Source: Octopus bimaculoides (taxonomy: Eukaryota). Taken from it: a DNA stretch of 41,014 nucleotides. The position numbers and the translations under genes were made by a program. Where the stretch lies: positions 53,147,757-53,188,770 of the forward strand of contig NC_068985.1 of NCBI RefSeq assembly GCF_001194135.2, read 5' to 3'. A model generated the notes under the pieces. That model did not search any database, had not been told where the DNA came from, and saw only the letters and a program-made list of their open reading frames with translations. Shown here one piece after another: positions 24,504 through 36,477 of the stretch (positions are counted from its first letter, which is position 1; each line of letters starts with the position of its first letter).

Positions 24504-25672
24504 CTGAAAAGAATGACAAATATTAATACAACATGAAAAGAAGACCCAACTTCTTCAAATAATCCACTGATATTCCATCTGGTGTGATATTTTAAGTGCT
24601 TTACTAGATCAGCAATGGGTTGCATAATTCTGCTAATTCACAAATAGTTTGAAGAAATTTCTGAGTTGGAAGACTAACACAGATCAAATCAATACATAAC
24701 AGATTTCTACATACATTTATCAAGAAGCAAATGGCAACAAATTTCATTGCCTGTAGCTCAGCAACTTTCCAAGCAAAGCATGTGAATTTTCCCAAATGCA
24801 CTCAAGTACACAAACATATATACATGCATACCATTGTATACACCATCACACACATATATACAGACCAAACATCATTCAATATGATTTACCTTTTACATTG
24901 GAAGTCACTTGCTTGTTAAAAATCATAGTAGCTTCCAGTTCTGCCTTGTTTGTACTTAATAGTAACCTTTCATTAGCTGCAACTTGAGAAGTAATTGAAT
25001 GTTTGTCGGAGTTGCATGGGATAAGATGTGGCGTCAAGTGGGTCAGTAACATAAGATTAGCAGCAGTACCAAATACATTACTTACTGCTAGTCTCAATTA
25101 TGTTAATACTGATATATTTATACTGATTCATGTGCATTTGAATCTCTTAGAGAGAGATACTTCACTGTAAATTACACTCTACTCAATTAGAAATAACATT
25201 CTAGATACCAGCATGGTTGTGTGGTTAAGAAGTCTGTTTCACAACCATGTGCTTCTAGATTGTCTCACAGCACAATACCATGGGCAAGTTTCTTCAACTG
25301 TAGCCCTGGATTAACCAATACCTGGCGAAAGAATTTGATAGATGGAAATTGCACAAAGCCTGCCAAAAGAAAGAGTATGAGTGCTTGTGTGTTACTGAGT
25401 GTATGCTCACATGTGTGTAAATGTTTACACACTGCATACTTCATATGAAAATCTGTTGAACAATATGTGGTTAAGTTTGTTATTTGCCTGCCAACAAATT
25501 GTCTGCTAGCTCTGTGCTTTTACCATACAAAACAGGTAAAAGTTAGCAACAGAAATGGTATCTGGCTATAAAACAATGCTTCGATAATATATATTCATCT
25601 CACACATGCTAACAGAAAGAAACGGATGTAAGAACGAAGAGACTTCCATAAAGCATTAATCACTTCAAACTA

Positions 25673-25870
25673 CGAAAGGGTGCTGAAAAGTTCCTGGTTT
25701 TAAGGGTATCGTGAAAGGCCTGGTTGGAGGCCCAACCTTCCAAGTTCTTTTGCAGATCACTGCAAGAAGTGTGTGAATCTGAGAGGGGAATGTTTCAAAT
25801 AAAATCATAATTAACTGACCCTACTGTATTTTCTTTTATTCAAATCCAGGAACTTTTCAGCACCCCCTTG
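25673..25870 (+). mobile_element. Mariner-derived MITE, 198 bp, TA TSD
   Basis: TIR cgaaagggtgctgaaaagttcctgg / ccaggaacttttcagcacccccttg with TA on both sides. The interior encodes a mariner-like C-terminus HCKKCVNLRGE. Confidence 0.88.
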
Positions 25871-26238
25871 TATATCTGTGATTTTATATATATATATATA
25901 TATATATAATATTAGGGACAAAATTCAAAATTACAGGTAAAAACTCAATTAAANNNNNNNNNNNNNNNNNNNNNNNNNNNNNNNNNNNNNNNNNNNNNNN
26001 NNNNNNNNNNNNNNNNNNNNNNNNNNNNNNNNNNNNNNNNNNNNNNNNNNNNNNNNNNNNNNNNNNNNNNNNNNNNNNNNNNNNNNNNNNNNNNNNNNNN
26101 NNNNNNNNNNNNNNNNNNNNNNNNNNNNNNNNNNNNNNNNNNNNNNNNNNNNNNNNNNNNNNNNNNNNNNNNNNTATATATATACATATATATATATATA
26201 ACACTAGAAACTATGAAAGCATTATTGAAGTTATTTAC

Positions 26239-26370
26239 CTTGTGGTAGACTGACTGGAGTGTAGCAACCTTACTGTTACTGACTGTCCAAGAAAAACTCA
26301 AAGGTGGAATAGCACTTCCAAATGAGAAAGGGGTCACATTATCAGTGATACCAACTGCAAATAGTGGCAT
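26239..26370 (-). CDS. NUP210: NUP210 exon, phase 0-0, MPLFAVGITDNVTPFSFGSAIPPLSFSWTVSNSKVATLQSVYHK
   Basis: Acceptor tctatttcag, donor gtaaat, 132 nt. Matches [30 protein letters not shown]. Confidence 0.96.
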
Positions 26371-26660
26371 CTGAAATAGAAAAAGGAAGATTTAAATAAA
26401 TCTGACAATTAGCTACAACTCATTGAAAACAAGGAAGAGTAACAATTCAAAACAATGTGTATAAATAAGCATTACATTTGACAGAGTAATCTGAATGTTA
26501 AAGGGTTGTGTGGATGGGGAATAAGAATTAAATGATTCTCTTCCTCCGTGCCAACAACTTATATTTATGTACTAATTCTCTGGCAAATTGCACCACCACT
26601 GAGGTGTAATTGTGTCTAGAATTATCTTCCATGCTAACCAGAAAATAAGTTATGGTAGAT

Positions 26661-26802
26661 TCATCATTATCATCATCATCATCATTTAACGTCCGCTTTC
26701 CATGCTAGCATGGGTTGGACAATTTGACTGAGGACTGGCGAACCAAATGGCTACACCAGGCTCCAATCTGATTTGGCAGAGTTTCTACAGCTGGATGCCC
26801 TT
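26661..26802 (-). mobile_element. Young RTE 3'-tail copy
   Basis: Same family, truncated at ctggatgccctt. Confidence 0.85.
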
Positions 26803-27109
26803 ATGTTTTTTTCTTCTTTTCACATATCTGATATTATCTTTCTCAAACATAAACATATTTTGCTAATATTTAAGAAGCAGAGCATCAAGACCTGGTCACA
26901 GATAGAGAGTTAACCAAACTATAAATGGCCCTCAGAAATCAACAGGCCAGGAAATGCTTAATTCTGTTGGTTTGTTTTTGCTATTATCTATTTACCCTAT
27001 GTGTACGTAGAATCAACTATATAACATTTCAGTTATCAAAGTTATCCATTAATGGGTGATTAGCACTGTTCATGTTTGGAAGAGAGAATTATGTAACCTA
27101 GTCTACTCT

Positions 27110-27240
27110 GTTGCGTGGTTAGTGTTAGAAAGGGCATCCAGCTGTAAAAATCCTGCCTAAACAGTTGCAGAAGTCTGGTGCCAGCTTCTGTCAAACTGTC
27201 ACATAAAAGGAAGATTTAAACGATGATGATGATGATGATA
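27110..27240 (+). mobile_element. Old RTE 3'-tail copy, opposite orientation
   Basis: gaaagggcatccagctgtaaaa...tttaaacgatgatgatgatgatgat. Confidence 0.75.
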
Positions 27241-27278
27241 GTACTTGAATGATATTTTATAGGCAAAATTGATATAAA

Positions 27279-27483
27279 CATCATCATCATCGTTTAACGT
27301 CCGCTTTCCATGCTAGCATGGGTTGGACGATTTGACTGAGGACTGGTGAAACCAGATGGCTACACCAGGCTCCAATCTGATTTGGCAGAGTTTCTACAGC
27401 TGGATGCTCTTCCTAACGCCAACCACTCAGAGAGTGTAGTGGGTGCTTTTACGTGTCACCCGCACGAAGGCCAGTCAGGCGGT
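27279..27483 (-). mobile_element. Young RTE 3'-tail copy
   Basis: catcatcatcatcgtttaacgtccgctttccatgctagcatggg...ggccagtcaggcgg. Confidence 0.87.
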
Positions 27484-27859
27484 CCAGAACATAAAAAAAT
27501 TTATAATTATATACCACACAGCATTTAGTTTGATGCTCTAATGAATCTACCAGTCAACTACTCTGGTTAATGGTCATAGTTTAATTAGCAATTCTGTTTC
27601 TACTGGCTGATTAGAGCTAATCAATTATATACTTATACACAGTTCACTTTAAGTATTTGATAATTGATATGAACAGCAACAATGCAGGGGTTAAGAAGTT
27701 CTTTAGTCTTGCTGTAGGCAAGGTAACCTACATAGTGTTCGTGCCACAAAAAAATACACCAGCCAGTAAACTCTGAAATGGGTTTGATGCTGGGAAGAGC
27801 CTCAAGCCATAGAAATAGGCGTAAGGTATTTGAGGACATACCTTTTCTAGGTCATTGCT

Positions 27860-28200
27860 GCATTTTTTGCTAACTCTGTACAATCTTTGTTTCAGAAAAT
27901 AATAATGGCAGACCCTCAACTCACTCAAGAAATGAAGAAGCATGCTGTTATTGTGGTTATAAAGGCTGAGTATAGTGTTTTAGAAATACTTCGATTTTTA
28001 AAAGTTGCCAGATCTTTCATCGACAAAGTTTGTAAGGAGTTAGAGACTGAAGATGGAAACGTATCATCTGTATCAAGGCATATAAAGCATTCTAAACGCT
28101 CTGAAATCATCAGAACACTTGAATTTATCCAGCAAGTTCAACAGACCATTGATTACAATCCCAGAAAGTACATGAGATCAAAAGCAAAAGAAAATCACTA
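27860..28200 (+). mobile_element. Tc1/mariner-superfamily (maT/DD37D-like) transposase N-terminal HTH fragment
   Basis: MADPQLTQEMKKHAVIV...EILRFLKVARSFIDKVCKEL...IRTLEFIQQVQQTIDYNPRKYMRS. No catalytic domain. The subfamily call is from memory. Confidence 0.7.
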
Positions 28201-28395
28201 CATCAGACCTAAAAAGGTTCTTAAACAAACTGAAAAATCCAGAAGAATTGATTTGGTTTTTCAGTTCTATTTGATGGAACATCAAACGTTAGCTGGACTT
28301 CATCCATATTGCCTATCTGGCCTAGTTCAAAAGGAGTTTTTTTCGAGAAGCTATAACAAATTTATGAAACTTTACTATTCTATCATCATAGTCAC

Positions 28396-29331
28396 CTAGC
28401 ATTCTCTGTGCAATTGATGTTTTTGTACATGCTGACAAACCTTCCTGTTTCATAAATCAATAACACCATCCTTCTGTTCCAATAAAGTTCTGAATCCCCT
28501 TTTTGTTCGCTAACCGTTTGGCCTCGTTCCTTATTTTCATAGAAATGACTGTGCCTGAAATTCTTACATCTACTCTCCATGTTTTTATTTCCTTCTCAAT
28601 TTCAGGCCAGTGTGGAACTGAGTAACGAAGGTTATTGTTTCCTTTCTTTGGTGGCTGTAGTTTATTTTCTTGCAGCTGCCAGAAACATATCATTTTTTCA
28701 ATAGAAGGAGAGCCAAAATACCATGCTGCTACTCTGTTTCCATGCTCTTTAATGTAGTCTATTACTTGAAGCTTGTACCGAATAGTGCAGCTTAACCTCT
28801 TTCCCCATGTAACTATATCCGTATAGGTAAAAATCCAGAAAATATAAAAAATCTCTGATCCCTAACGACTTGTATCTCGTGAGCAACTGAATGAAGATTT
28901 TGTGTTATCCTTCATATAGCGAACGTTAGCAGCGTTGCCATCAAGTGACAATGCAATAGATGGCAGCACATGTTTTGTAAACAAAAACAAAGCATTTAAG
29001 ATGCCAATACAGATATCAGGTAATAAAATATTGATAATAACATATATAATAATTATAATATTAGCAATAGTAATTGTGATGATAATAATATGACGATAAA
29101 TAATAATAATAATAATCTAATGTTTTTTTGGAAAAAATAGGCTATTACAATATCATAGAGAGGTAGGCTAGGCTACATCTACGTGAACTCTGATGAATAA
29201 TTTCGGCTAACAGTCGCAAGTTTTGAGCCTACATTGAGTGCATTAGACGCAGGGGGATTTTTTAAGCCATTTTGGGGTAAAAAAAGGTGCGTCATATAGG
29301 TATGTATGTATGTATGTATGCATGCATACGG
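28396..29331 (-). mobile_element. pogo-family (POGK-like) transposon 5' half: left end, Brinker-type DBD and CENP-B HTH
   Basis: Frameshifted KRLSCTIRYKLQVIDYIKEHGNRVAAWYFG...EKMICFW...HWPEIEKEIKTW...FIGTEGWCY*FMKQEGLSACTKTSIAQR. Terminus TA|CCGTA at 29327-29333. Confidence 0.85.
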
Positions 29332-29781
29332 TATGTATGTATGTAAAACTTCATAGCTTTATGTTCACTATCCATGCAAGCATGGGTTGGACAAGTTGTA
29401 AGAGTAAATTAGCTTTTATTCGGAGCTATTGCTCTCCTAGATGGGTTGAAAGAGGAGTCACACTGCAAACTTTTCTGGATGTCTCTTCATTTACCATTTT
29501 TAGATCAGGCAGAAGCAAATCAATTCTATAAATACTTCCCTAGCATGGCATAGCAAGTCAGCTTGCTAGTAGTTACACTAAAGTACTGTTATAACTATCA
29601 TCTACCATATAGTAAGATAAATAAGTCATCAGTCAATAGCAATAGTTTGGCATAAACAGTAAAAGTACTTTGACCAGTCAGTCATATGGTCTTTTTGAAG
29701 AGATATTCTAACGAGTCCTATTAGTAATTAATTTGACAACATTAATTTTAATGCTACTGTTAATTAATTCATAGCACCTAC

Positions 29782-29862
29782 CCATGTACCAATCTTGAGC
29801 TGTGTCAGAGGGGAATGAATCTTCACACCAGATAGCTTCAGGACGTAAACATCAATACTGTC
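29782..29862 (-). CDS. NUP210: NUP210 exon, phase 0-0, DSIDVYVLKLSGVKIHSPLTQLKIGTW
   Basis: Acceptor tttcttgtag, donor gtaggt, 81 nt. Same length and pattern as [27 protein letters not shown]. Not in the ORF track. Confidence 0.9.
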
Positions 29863-30020
29863 CTACAAGAAATAAGACATTTTCAATTACTAAATATAGC
29901 TTGCCATTCACTGGTTAACAAAAGCATGAAGGAGGGAAAACACAAACAAGGGGAAAAAAACCCACAAGAAAATAAAACATAAAAGAAAGGATACAAAGAG
30001 AAAGCACACATATACCCATA

Positions 30021-30306
30021 CTCTTTTACTCTTTTACTTGTTTCAGTCATTTGACTGCAGCCATGCTGAAGCACCGCCTTTAGTCGAGCAAATCGACCTC
30101 AGGACTTATTCTTTGGAAGCCTAGTACTTATTCTATCAGTCTCTTTTGCCGAACCGCTAAGTTATGGGGACGTAAACACACCAGCATCGGTTGTCAAGCG
30201 ATGCTACGGGGACAAACGCAGACACAAACATATACACACACATACATACATACATTCACATATATGACGGGCTTCTTTCAGTTTCCGTCTACCAAATCCA
30301 CTCACA
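30021..30306 (-). mobile_element. tRNA-derived SINE, well preserved, head lost in gap
   Basis: Near-complementary to 37660-37930. Confidence 0.87.
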
Positions 30307-30624
30307 NNNNNNNNNNNNNNNNNNNNNNNNNNNNNNNNNNNNNNNNNNNNNNNNNNNNNNNNNNNNNNNNNNNNNNNNNNNNNNNNNNNNNNNNNNNNNN
30401 NNNNNNTTGATGTAAAAATTTTTACGAAAAAGTGGAAAATGTGGATTTCTATAAAGTTTTAGAAAGGCTTCACACAGACACACAACTTCAGCTTTATATA
30501 TTAAGATTATCTAAAACGTAGCCAAAGATAATATAACAATCAATAAATATAGTTCATAACTTGATAATCAATAATTATGAGTCAGAAATTAGTAATTGAT
30601 AGAAATGTGGTTCATTAAGTTTAC

Positions 30625-30804
30625 CTCTGAATAGACAACTGGTTCATTATTATCTGGATGAAGGCCAACTGCTTGGCCAACTAGCTTTGTTGATCCCAGT
30701 TCCAGAGCTTCAACAAGTCCAATATTGGAAATGCTAGCCTTTGCAGAATTTTCCATAGAGAATTCGACAGATCCTTGGGTGCGTGGTCCACCAGTAGCTA
30801 GTAT
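30625..30804 (-). CDS. NUP210: NUP210 exon, phase 0-0, Ig-like segment ILATGGPRTQGSVEFSMENSAKASISNIGLVEALELGSTKLVGQAVGLHPDNNEPVVYSE
   Basis: Acceptor tttttcag, donor gtaaac, 180 nt. Matches GGPQPQSNILFS...GLVQGLAIG. Confidence 0.95.
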
Positions 30805-31154
30805 CTGAAAAATTGGAAATAGTAAATCTATCAACAACATCTTGCATATGTGAGTTCATGCTGGTACTACACAGATTTATATGCAGCTGTTTCCAACAGC
30901 AAGTCTATTAATTTCTTAATAATATTCAGATAATTTAATTTTCTATCGGCCAAATACATTTTTACCAATGACACTCCCAATTATCTCATTAATTTAATCA
31001 CATAATCAAACATAGCTCTGATATCTTTGAATATTTTTAATTACTTTAGTTTCACAAGTTTTCATATGTCAAAGACACAAAAATTAAATATTTCCAGTAA
31101 TACAGTTAAATGGGGGAAAAAAAACTTAGTAATGAAGTATAAATAGTTAATTAC

Positions 31155-31217
31155 CTGATAGACAGCACCAATAATGAGAGTTAGGGTCCGGGGTCGTAGA
31201 CGTAATGGTGGGAACAC
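31155..31217 (-). CDS. NUP210: NUP210 exon, phase 0-0, VFPPLRLRPRTLTLIIGAVYQ
   Basis: Acceptor tgtttcag, donor gtaatt, 63 nt. Matches [21 protein letters not shown]. Confidence 0.95.
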
Positions 31218-31309
31218 CTGAAACATATCAAACAACATCAGACTAAATCTAGCAGAAATCAGAATAAGCAATTTTACATAATAAAACTAAGTCTACAAAA
31301 GAGTTGTGA

Positions 31310-31995
31310 AGATATGTGACCGAGTGGTTAGGGTACTGAGTTTACAATCATAAGGTTGTAGGTTCAATTCCTAGACTTGGCAACATGGTCCTTGAGTACA
31401 ACTGAATATGAGTATCAGCCTAGCACTCAAGCGGCCCACCTGCCAGCAGTCAGATCTTCAATGTTCTGCATGAGATTCATGAGATGAGAGGGCTCACAAC
31501 TATATCAGCACCAAGAACAATGAACAAAGCAAAGCAAACCTATTTATGAGTTATGGCAATGGTTGTAGTTAGCAACAGACTGAGGGTGTAGCACAATATG
31601 GTTGATAACAATCTTGGAATCTTAGCAACTCACTCTAAACAATAGCAGAAAGAACCTTGGTCATTCTACTAGAGTCCTGTCCCAAACCAACTAAAGCCTT
31701 ATGAACAAATTTGGGAGACAGACATTGATAGAAACCTGACATATATAGATGTGAGTGTGTACATGTCTCCTTGTTTTGAAATTACAGGATAGTTGTAAAT
31801 GAGCATCACTGTCACACAAGCGTATCAGTGTCCAATTTTCTATGAAAACATGTCTGGCTATAAGGGTGGAAAGAAAAAATTACTCAGCAATAGGTGGGAG
31901 TTGGGGACAGGAAGGGTATCTGGTCTTAGAAAATCTACCTCAGCAAATTCCATCTGACTGATGCAAGCATGGAAAAATGGACATTAAAACAAAGA
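31310..31995 (+). mobile_element. Degenerate long or composite SINE region with tRNA head and RTE-like tail
   Basis: Head gtgaccgagtggttagggtact...ggttcaattcc. Tail gaagggtatctgg...atgcaagcatggaaaaatggacattaaaac. Interior unresolved. Confidence 0.55.
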
Positions 31996-32207
31996 TAGTG
32001 GTAGGCAAATGCTATGCAAAATACTAAAATTCTAACAAATTTAGAATCTAAAATACATACTTTATTGCTAATAATTTCCTAATCTATAAACCTCTTGGCA
32101 GCAGAGACTAATGTTTCAGATTTTTGTCATAAATAAGAGATAAATAATTGTATGAATTACCTGCTTCTTTAAATAAACAAAAAGAAACAATATATAATAT
32201 ACATTAC

Positions 32208-32346
32208 CTCAATTGGTTTGGTTTTACTAAAGATTCTTTCTCCAGATTTCATTATTGCTGAGCAAGTAAGTGTGGTGTGACCGATATGTAAACCTTTGAC
32301 AAGATACTGAGCTTCAGTTGAGTCACCTTTATCATCAAATGCTGGC
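32208..32346 (-). CDS. NUP210: NUP210 exon, phase 2-0, PAFDDKGDSTEAQYLVKGLHIGHTTLTCSAIMKSGERIFSKTKPIE
   Basis: Acceptor ttttgtgtag, donor gtaatg, 139 nt. Matches FLIRGVAIGQTSLTAS...PQQIE. Confidence 0.92.
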
Positions 32347-33224
32347 CTACACAAAATAAAATGATATGCATATACATGTGCGTGAGAGTGTGTATGTGTG
32401 TGGGGGGGCAATGAGTTTGCTTCACATCTATGTAGCTATGGGTTCCCTCCTACTACACGGCATATTAGGGAAGTGTAAACATGCATCTGTGTGTTTGTGT
32501 GCATGTGTCACTATATATATATATTTGTATGTGCGTGAGTGTGTGTATATATGTATGTATAACAAAACAAGGAAATAGAAATTGTTTTTTGGTATTATTT
32601 ATTCACCATTACACACGTTTCATTTGCTAATAGGAAGTACAAAAATTTACATGATAGACATATATGGAATTTTGATAGGAAATTCCTTACATGTCTATCT
32701 AACATGTAAAACTTTGTAATTCCTATTAGCAAATGAAACATGAGTAATGGAGAATAAATAATACCAAAAAATTTCCATTTTCCTGATTTGTTATATAACT
32801 CTGCAAATAATATTTTCCCAATTCTCAACTTTAATAGGTGTTTTGGTTAACATACAATAGTAACTATGGATACATATTGATTGTAATAATGGAATAAGCA
32901 ATTGTGCTTCAAGAGGAAACAGCTGGGATTTACCCTAACTACCTATATAATATGTATGTGTACATAACCCATGCCAGTCTGGACAATGGATGTGAAATGA
33001 TGATGACGATACACATATTGTTGACCTTACTAGTGCCAGTAGCATGAAAGAAACACCAAGTACACACTGTAAAATGGTTCACATTAAGAAGGGCATCCAG
33101 CTATAAAAACCATGCTAAAGCTGACACCAGGTCTCAGTGCAGCCTTTTCCAGTGCAGGCTAGCATGTAAAATAGACATTAAATGGTGATGAAAATGAGTT
33201 ACTTAATTAGCTGACTATACTTAC

Positions 33225-33352
33225 TGCACAGAGAGAATGTCAGATTCTGTGGAAAGTGTTACATTCATGAGGTGGTAAAACTTGGCTGAAAGTGGTTTAC
33301 CATTGATGTCTAAGATGTTCACTTTGGCTATTATATCTTTACCAAGTTCAAC
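33225..33352 (-). CDS. NUP210: NUP210 exon, phase 0-2, VELGKDIIAKVNILDINGKPLSAKFYHLMNVTLSTESDILSV(Q)
   Basis: Acceptor tttctgtag, donor gtaagt, 128 nt. Matches VEIGKTVKAYVRVLD...KPF.AKYF. Confidence 0.93.
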
Positions 33353-34153
33353 CTACAGAAACACAAAATAAAAATCATTTAGTTTACTGAGAGAAACCTT
33401 AAAAGGAAGAGATACAAACAAAACCAAAACCCTGCTGTCACTGCTACCACTACCGCCTTTTAGATTTGTTGATTTGTTACTTGCGCCAAGACAATTGTCT
33501 ACTGGCAGGAAATAACAGAATCTACTCTTGATTGCATAGATTCACAACTTCTATAATTACAGGTTTTCATTCTTGTAATCTAGCTATTTCAATTCATATC
33601 ATATTGTTAAATCTTCCTGGGAAAGACATAAATGTCTCAGCTCCCTTTCTCTGAAATATGAAGGGCTTCATGCCCACAGAGAGAAGTCAATGAAAAACCA
33701 TTTCCATGTACTTTCCAGGGTATATTAAAGTCACAATAAACCAGATAAAGAACAAGAAATAAAAATAAAAATACAGAACAAATCATTTCAGAACCTCCAA
33801 ATGCTGTAAGTATAGAGATTAATGAGAGAGTAGGAGAGCTGTGTATTTATTTATAAATAATGTGCACTTCTAATTATGAGATATGACATTTTGGAAAAAA
33901 TACCTTTTGTGTATAATATACAGTTCTCATCCAGTTGTTGTATATAATGCACACCTCTAATATTTAGGATTAAAACTCTGCAGATACCCTTGTACACATT
34001 GTAAAGTGGTTGATACTCAGAGGGGCATTCAGCCATATAAACCATACCAAAAGTGGAACATTAGAGCTAGACATAGTCTTCCAATCCATACCAGCATAGA
34101 AAACAACAATAAAGTAATGTTGATGATGAATGGTGATATAAAAAGATACTTAC

Positions 34154-34282
34154 CTTGTCAATGACATAAAGATGAATGTAACCAACTCCAGATACTTGAG
34201 CCATGGTCGAAGGAGGATGTGACAAATCCAAGCAGAGATCGTGAACCTTCACTTGAGTCATTCCATCAAGTTTGGGTATCAC
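34154..34282 (-). CDS. NUP210: NUP210 exon, phase 0-0, VIPKLDGMTQVKVHDLCLDLSHPPSTMAQVSGVGYIHLYVIDK
   Basis: Acceptor ttgtttag, donor gtaagt, 129 nt. Matches IHDLCL...VVDK. Confidence 0.93.
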
Positions 34283-35372
34283 CTAAACAACAAAATACAC
34301 TTGATATTTTAACCAGAAAGAACAATGTAACAAAAGATAATAAACTGAGTATTTCTATCCCTAACATTCATGTTTCTCACTCTGTAAAGAGGCTGGAAAA
34401 CAAGCAGTGATGTGAGGTCATGAGATCCTTTAGTTCTAAAAGACATAGCTCTCTAGTGCTAGTGCCAAAAAAAAAAAAAAAAAGCATCCAGTACACTCTA
34501 TAAAGTGACTGGCATTACAGGGCATCCAGCTGTAGATACCTAACAAAAAATGAAACAAAAGATGAAGTCTCCCAACTCATCTAGGTAGGCAGGCCTCTCA
34601 AATATATGCTGACTGACCCATGGCAAACCATCAAAACCAAAGCAACAGGGAAAGAGGACACAAAACAATGATGAAGACAATGATGATCACATATGTTCTG
34701 ACTTCAAATGCTAATTTTTACAATGGAAAATTGTTTTATTTCACATGTAATTTTCCTTTGTTTGTTGCATACATTATCTATACAATAACAGAGTGATGTT
34801 TTAGGATTACAGATAATTACTGGAGTAGTTAGCTTTACAGCTGTTGGACAACCAATCAAGTCACTGACCACACTCCACTCAACTGTGAGGAAGAAATAAA
34901 ACCTTTATTGTCATCCTGATGAACTTGAGTAAACCTCATAGTGGAGCAGTATCAAACATGTCTTGTCAAGCCCCATATCAATTTGACATAAAAAAATTTA
35001 TTTTTTAATTTTTAAAATATTCTGTAATATATCTAAATCACTGGCATGCATTTTGAGTCAAAGCCCAAAAAGAGTCATGATTTACAGCAGTTTTCACGTA
35101 TGTCGTTGCTGCCCCTTAGGAACCAATGCTATCTCAAACAATGTGCCCTATTTTCCTTTCACTTTGTCTGTACATGTTGAGTCAAGCAGCAGATTTTTCT
35201 TCCTTCAAATTTATGCTTCTGTTAGTCCAAATGGATTCTAGTGATATGATACTGAAAGGTTTTGTAGGTAAAACAGTGCAAGCTTTCTATCAAGCATTAG
35301 CCTTTTCAAGTAATATATGCATTCATTTTGACAATTTCTATTCTTGTTCTCACTCTAAAGACTCTTATTTCA

Positions 35373-35585
35373 CCCTTTAGCATTAAGATTACTCTGCTAA
35401 ATGAAATACTTGTTTATTCACATTGTTTTGAATTTATCATGCATTAGATTCAAGACTTTGATGATATGATTGTTTACTTTTAGAATGACATTGCAGGATA
35501 GGTGCAAGAGGCTGGATCTGGCCAGTTTGAACATAAACTCAGTAGAATATTTGGGATGCATATGGCCAGTTTAAATGCTAAAGGG
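35373..35585. mobile_element. piggyBac-like TTAA MITE copy, inverted
   Basis: ccctttagcattaagattactc ... tttaaatgctaaaggg|ttaa, the reverse complement of the family. Confidence 0.78.
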
Positions 35586-35729
35586 TTAATAGGAATGAAT
35601 ATAGATACAAACATATATGTTGGTTAGAGGTGAGTTTTTCCTCCAAATATCCCTGCACACAATCTTTACAAACACTTTATACTATTTCTTTTCTAACACT
35701 TCTTATATTTCTTGGTGAGAATCCAACTT

Positions 35730-36090
35730 TCAGCACTATAACAAAACTAACTCTCAGGATCTTGACTGAAGGTTACATGGACAGCTCATTTAACCAACGA
35801 GAGCAGCTTTAACAACATCCACCCAAAGTGACTGGGAAGAGTCAGCAGAGAAGAGCGAGAATTACTGATCACTGCATCAGGCATCCGGCAAAACCCGTGT
35901 ATCAACTGGTCTTATGGCCATTAGTTGAAGGAAGAAGCAACATCTAACCTATGTGGACAACTTGCTTCAGGACAGTGGAATGACAGATGTGCTCATATGA
36001 CATGACATGGGTGTGTACACAGATGGTGTGCTCACATGAAATCAGTGAAGCATCCAGGAGGACGGCCAAACTAAACTAAACTAAACTAAC
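35730..36090 (+). mobile_element. RTE-X-like LINE 3' fragment with (TAAAC)n tail
   Basis: PKVTGKSQQRRARITDHCIRHP...QLVLWP and TYVDNLLQDSG, ending in aaactaaactaaactaaact. Confidence 0.75.
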
Positions 36091-36269
36091 TGTTATAATG
36101 TACAATGACCTCTTCATGCATTTACTTTGGTCTACACTAGTAACAGGGTTTTTAGAAATCATTAACTCTATCTGGCCCACAAGATCTAGTTTATGCTTTA
36201 ATTTGGTCCACAAAATCAAATGAGTTTGACACTCCTGACCCACGTTATGAGAGTTACATCCACACTTAC

Positions 36270-36371
36270 TTGTATTGTGTTGTTATGGTTGATAAGTCTG
36301 ACATCCACAAATGACGTAGGAACTGATTCAACATGGAAATACCCAGAGCCTTTATTGATCTTCAAGTAAGC
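36270..36371 (-). CDS. NUP210: NUP210 exon, phase 0-0, AYLKINKGSGYFHVESVPTSFVDVRLINHNNTIQ
   Basis: Acceptor tttacttctag, donor gtaagt, 102 nt. GSGYF motif as in human AELRIREGSGYFF. Confidence 0.9.
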
Positions 36372-36477
36372 CTAGAAGTAAAGAAAAAAAGCCATTATTC
36401 CTACAGTTGTCATCTTTTAATGATGTGTTTTTATGACTAAATAATCACAAATAACAGTTCTTTTTTTTTTTTAAATG

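Noticed and set aside
24604-25097. Two minus-strand ORFs (65 and 73 aa), one ending at a donor-like AAG|gtaaat
   Set aside because: No recognisable homology, no convincing acceptor, and the flanking NUP210 exons already join without missing sequence.
34916-34962. Second hammerhead-like string CTGATGA...CAAACATGTC on the plus strand
   Set aside because: The GAAA box reads CAAA, stem II is unclear and I could not pair stem I. It may be an older relic but is unsupported.
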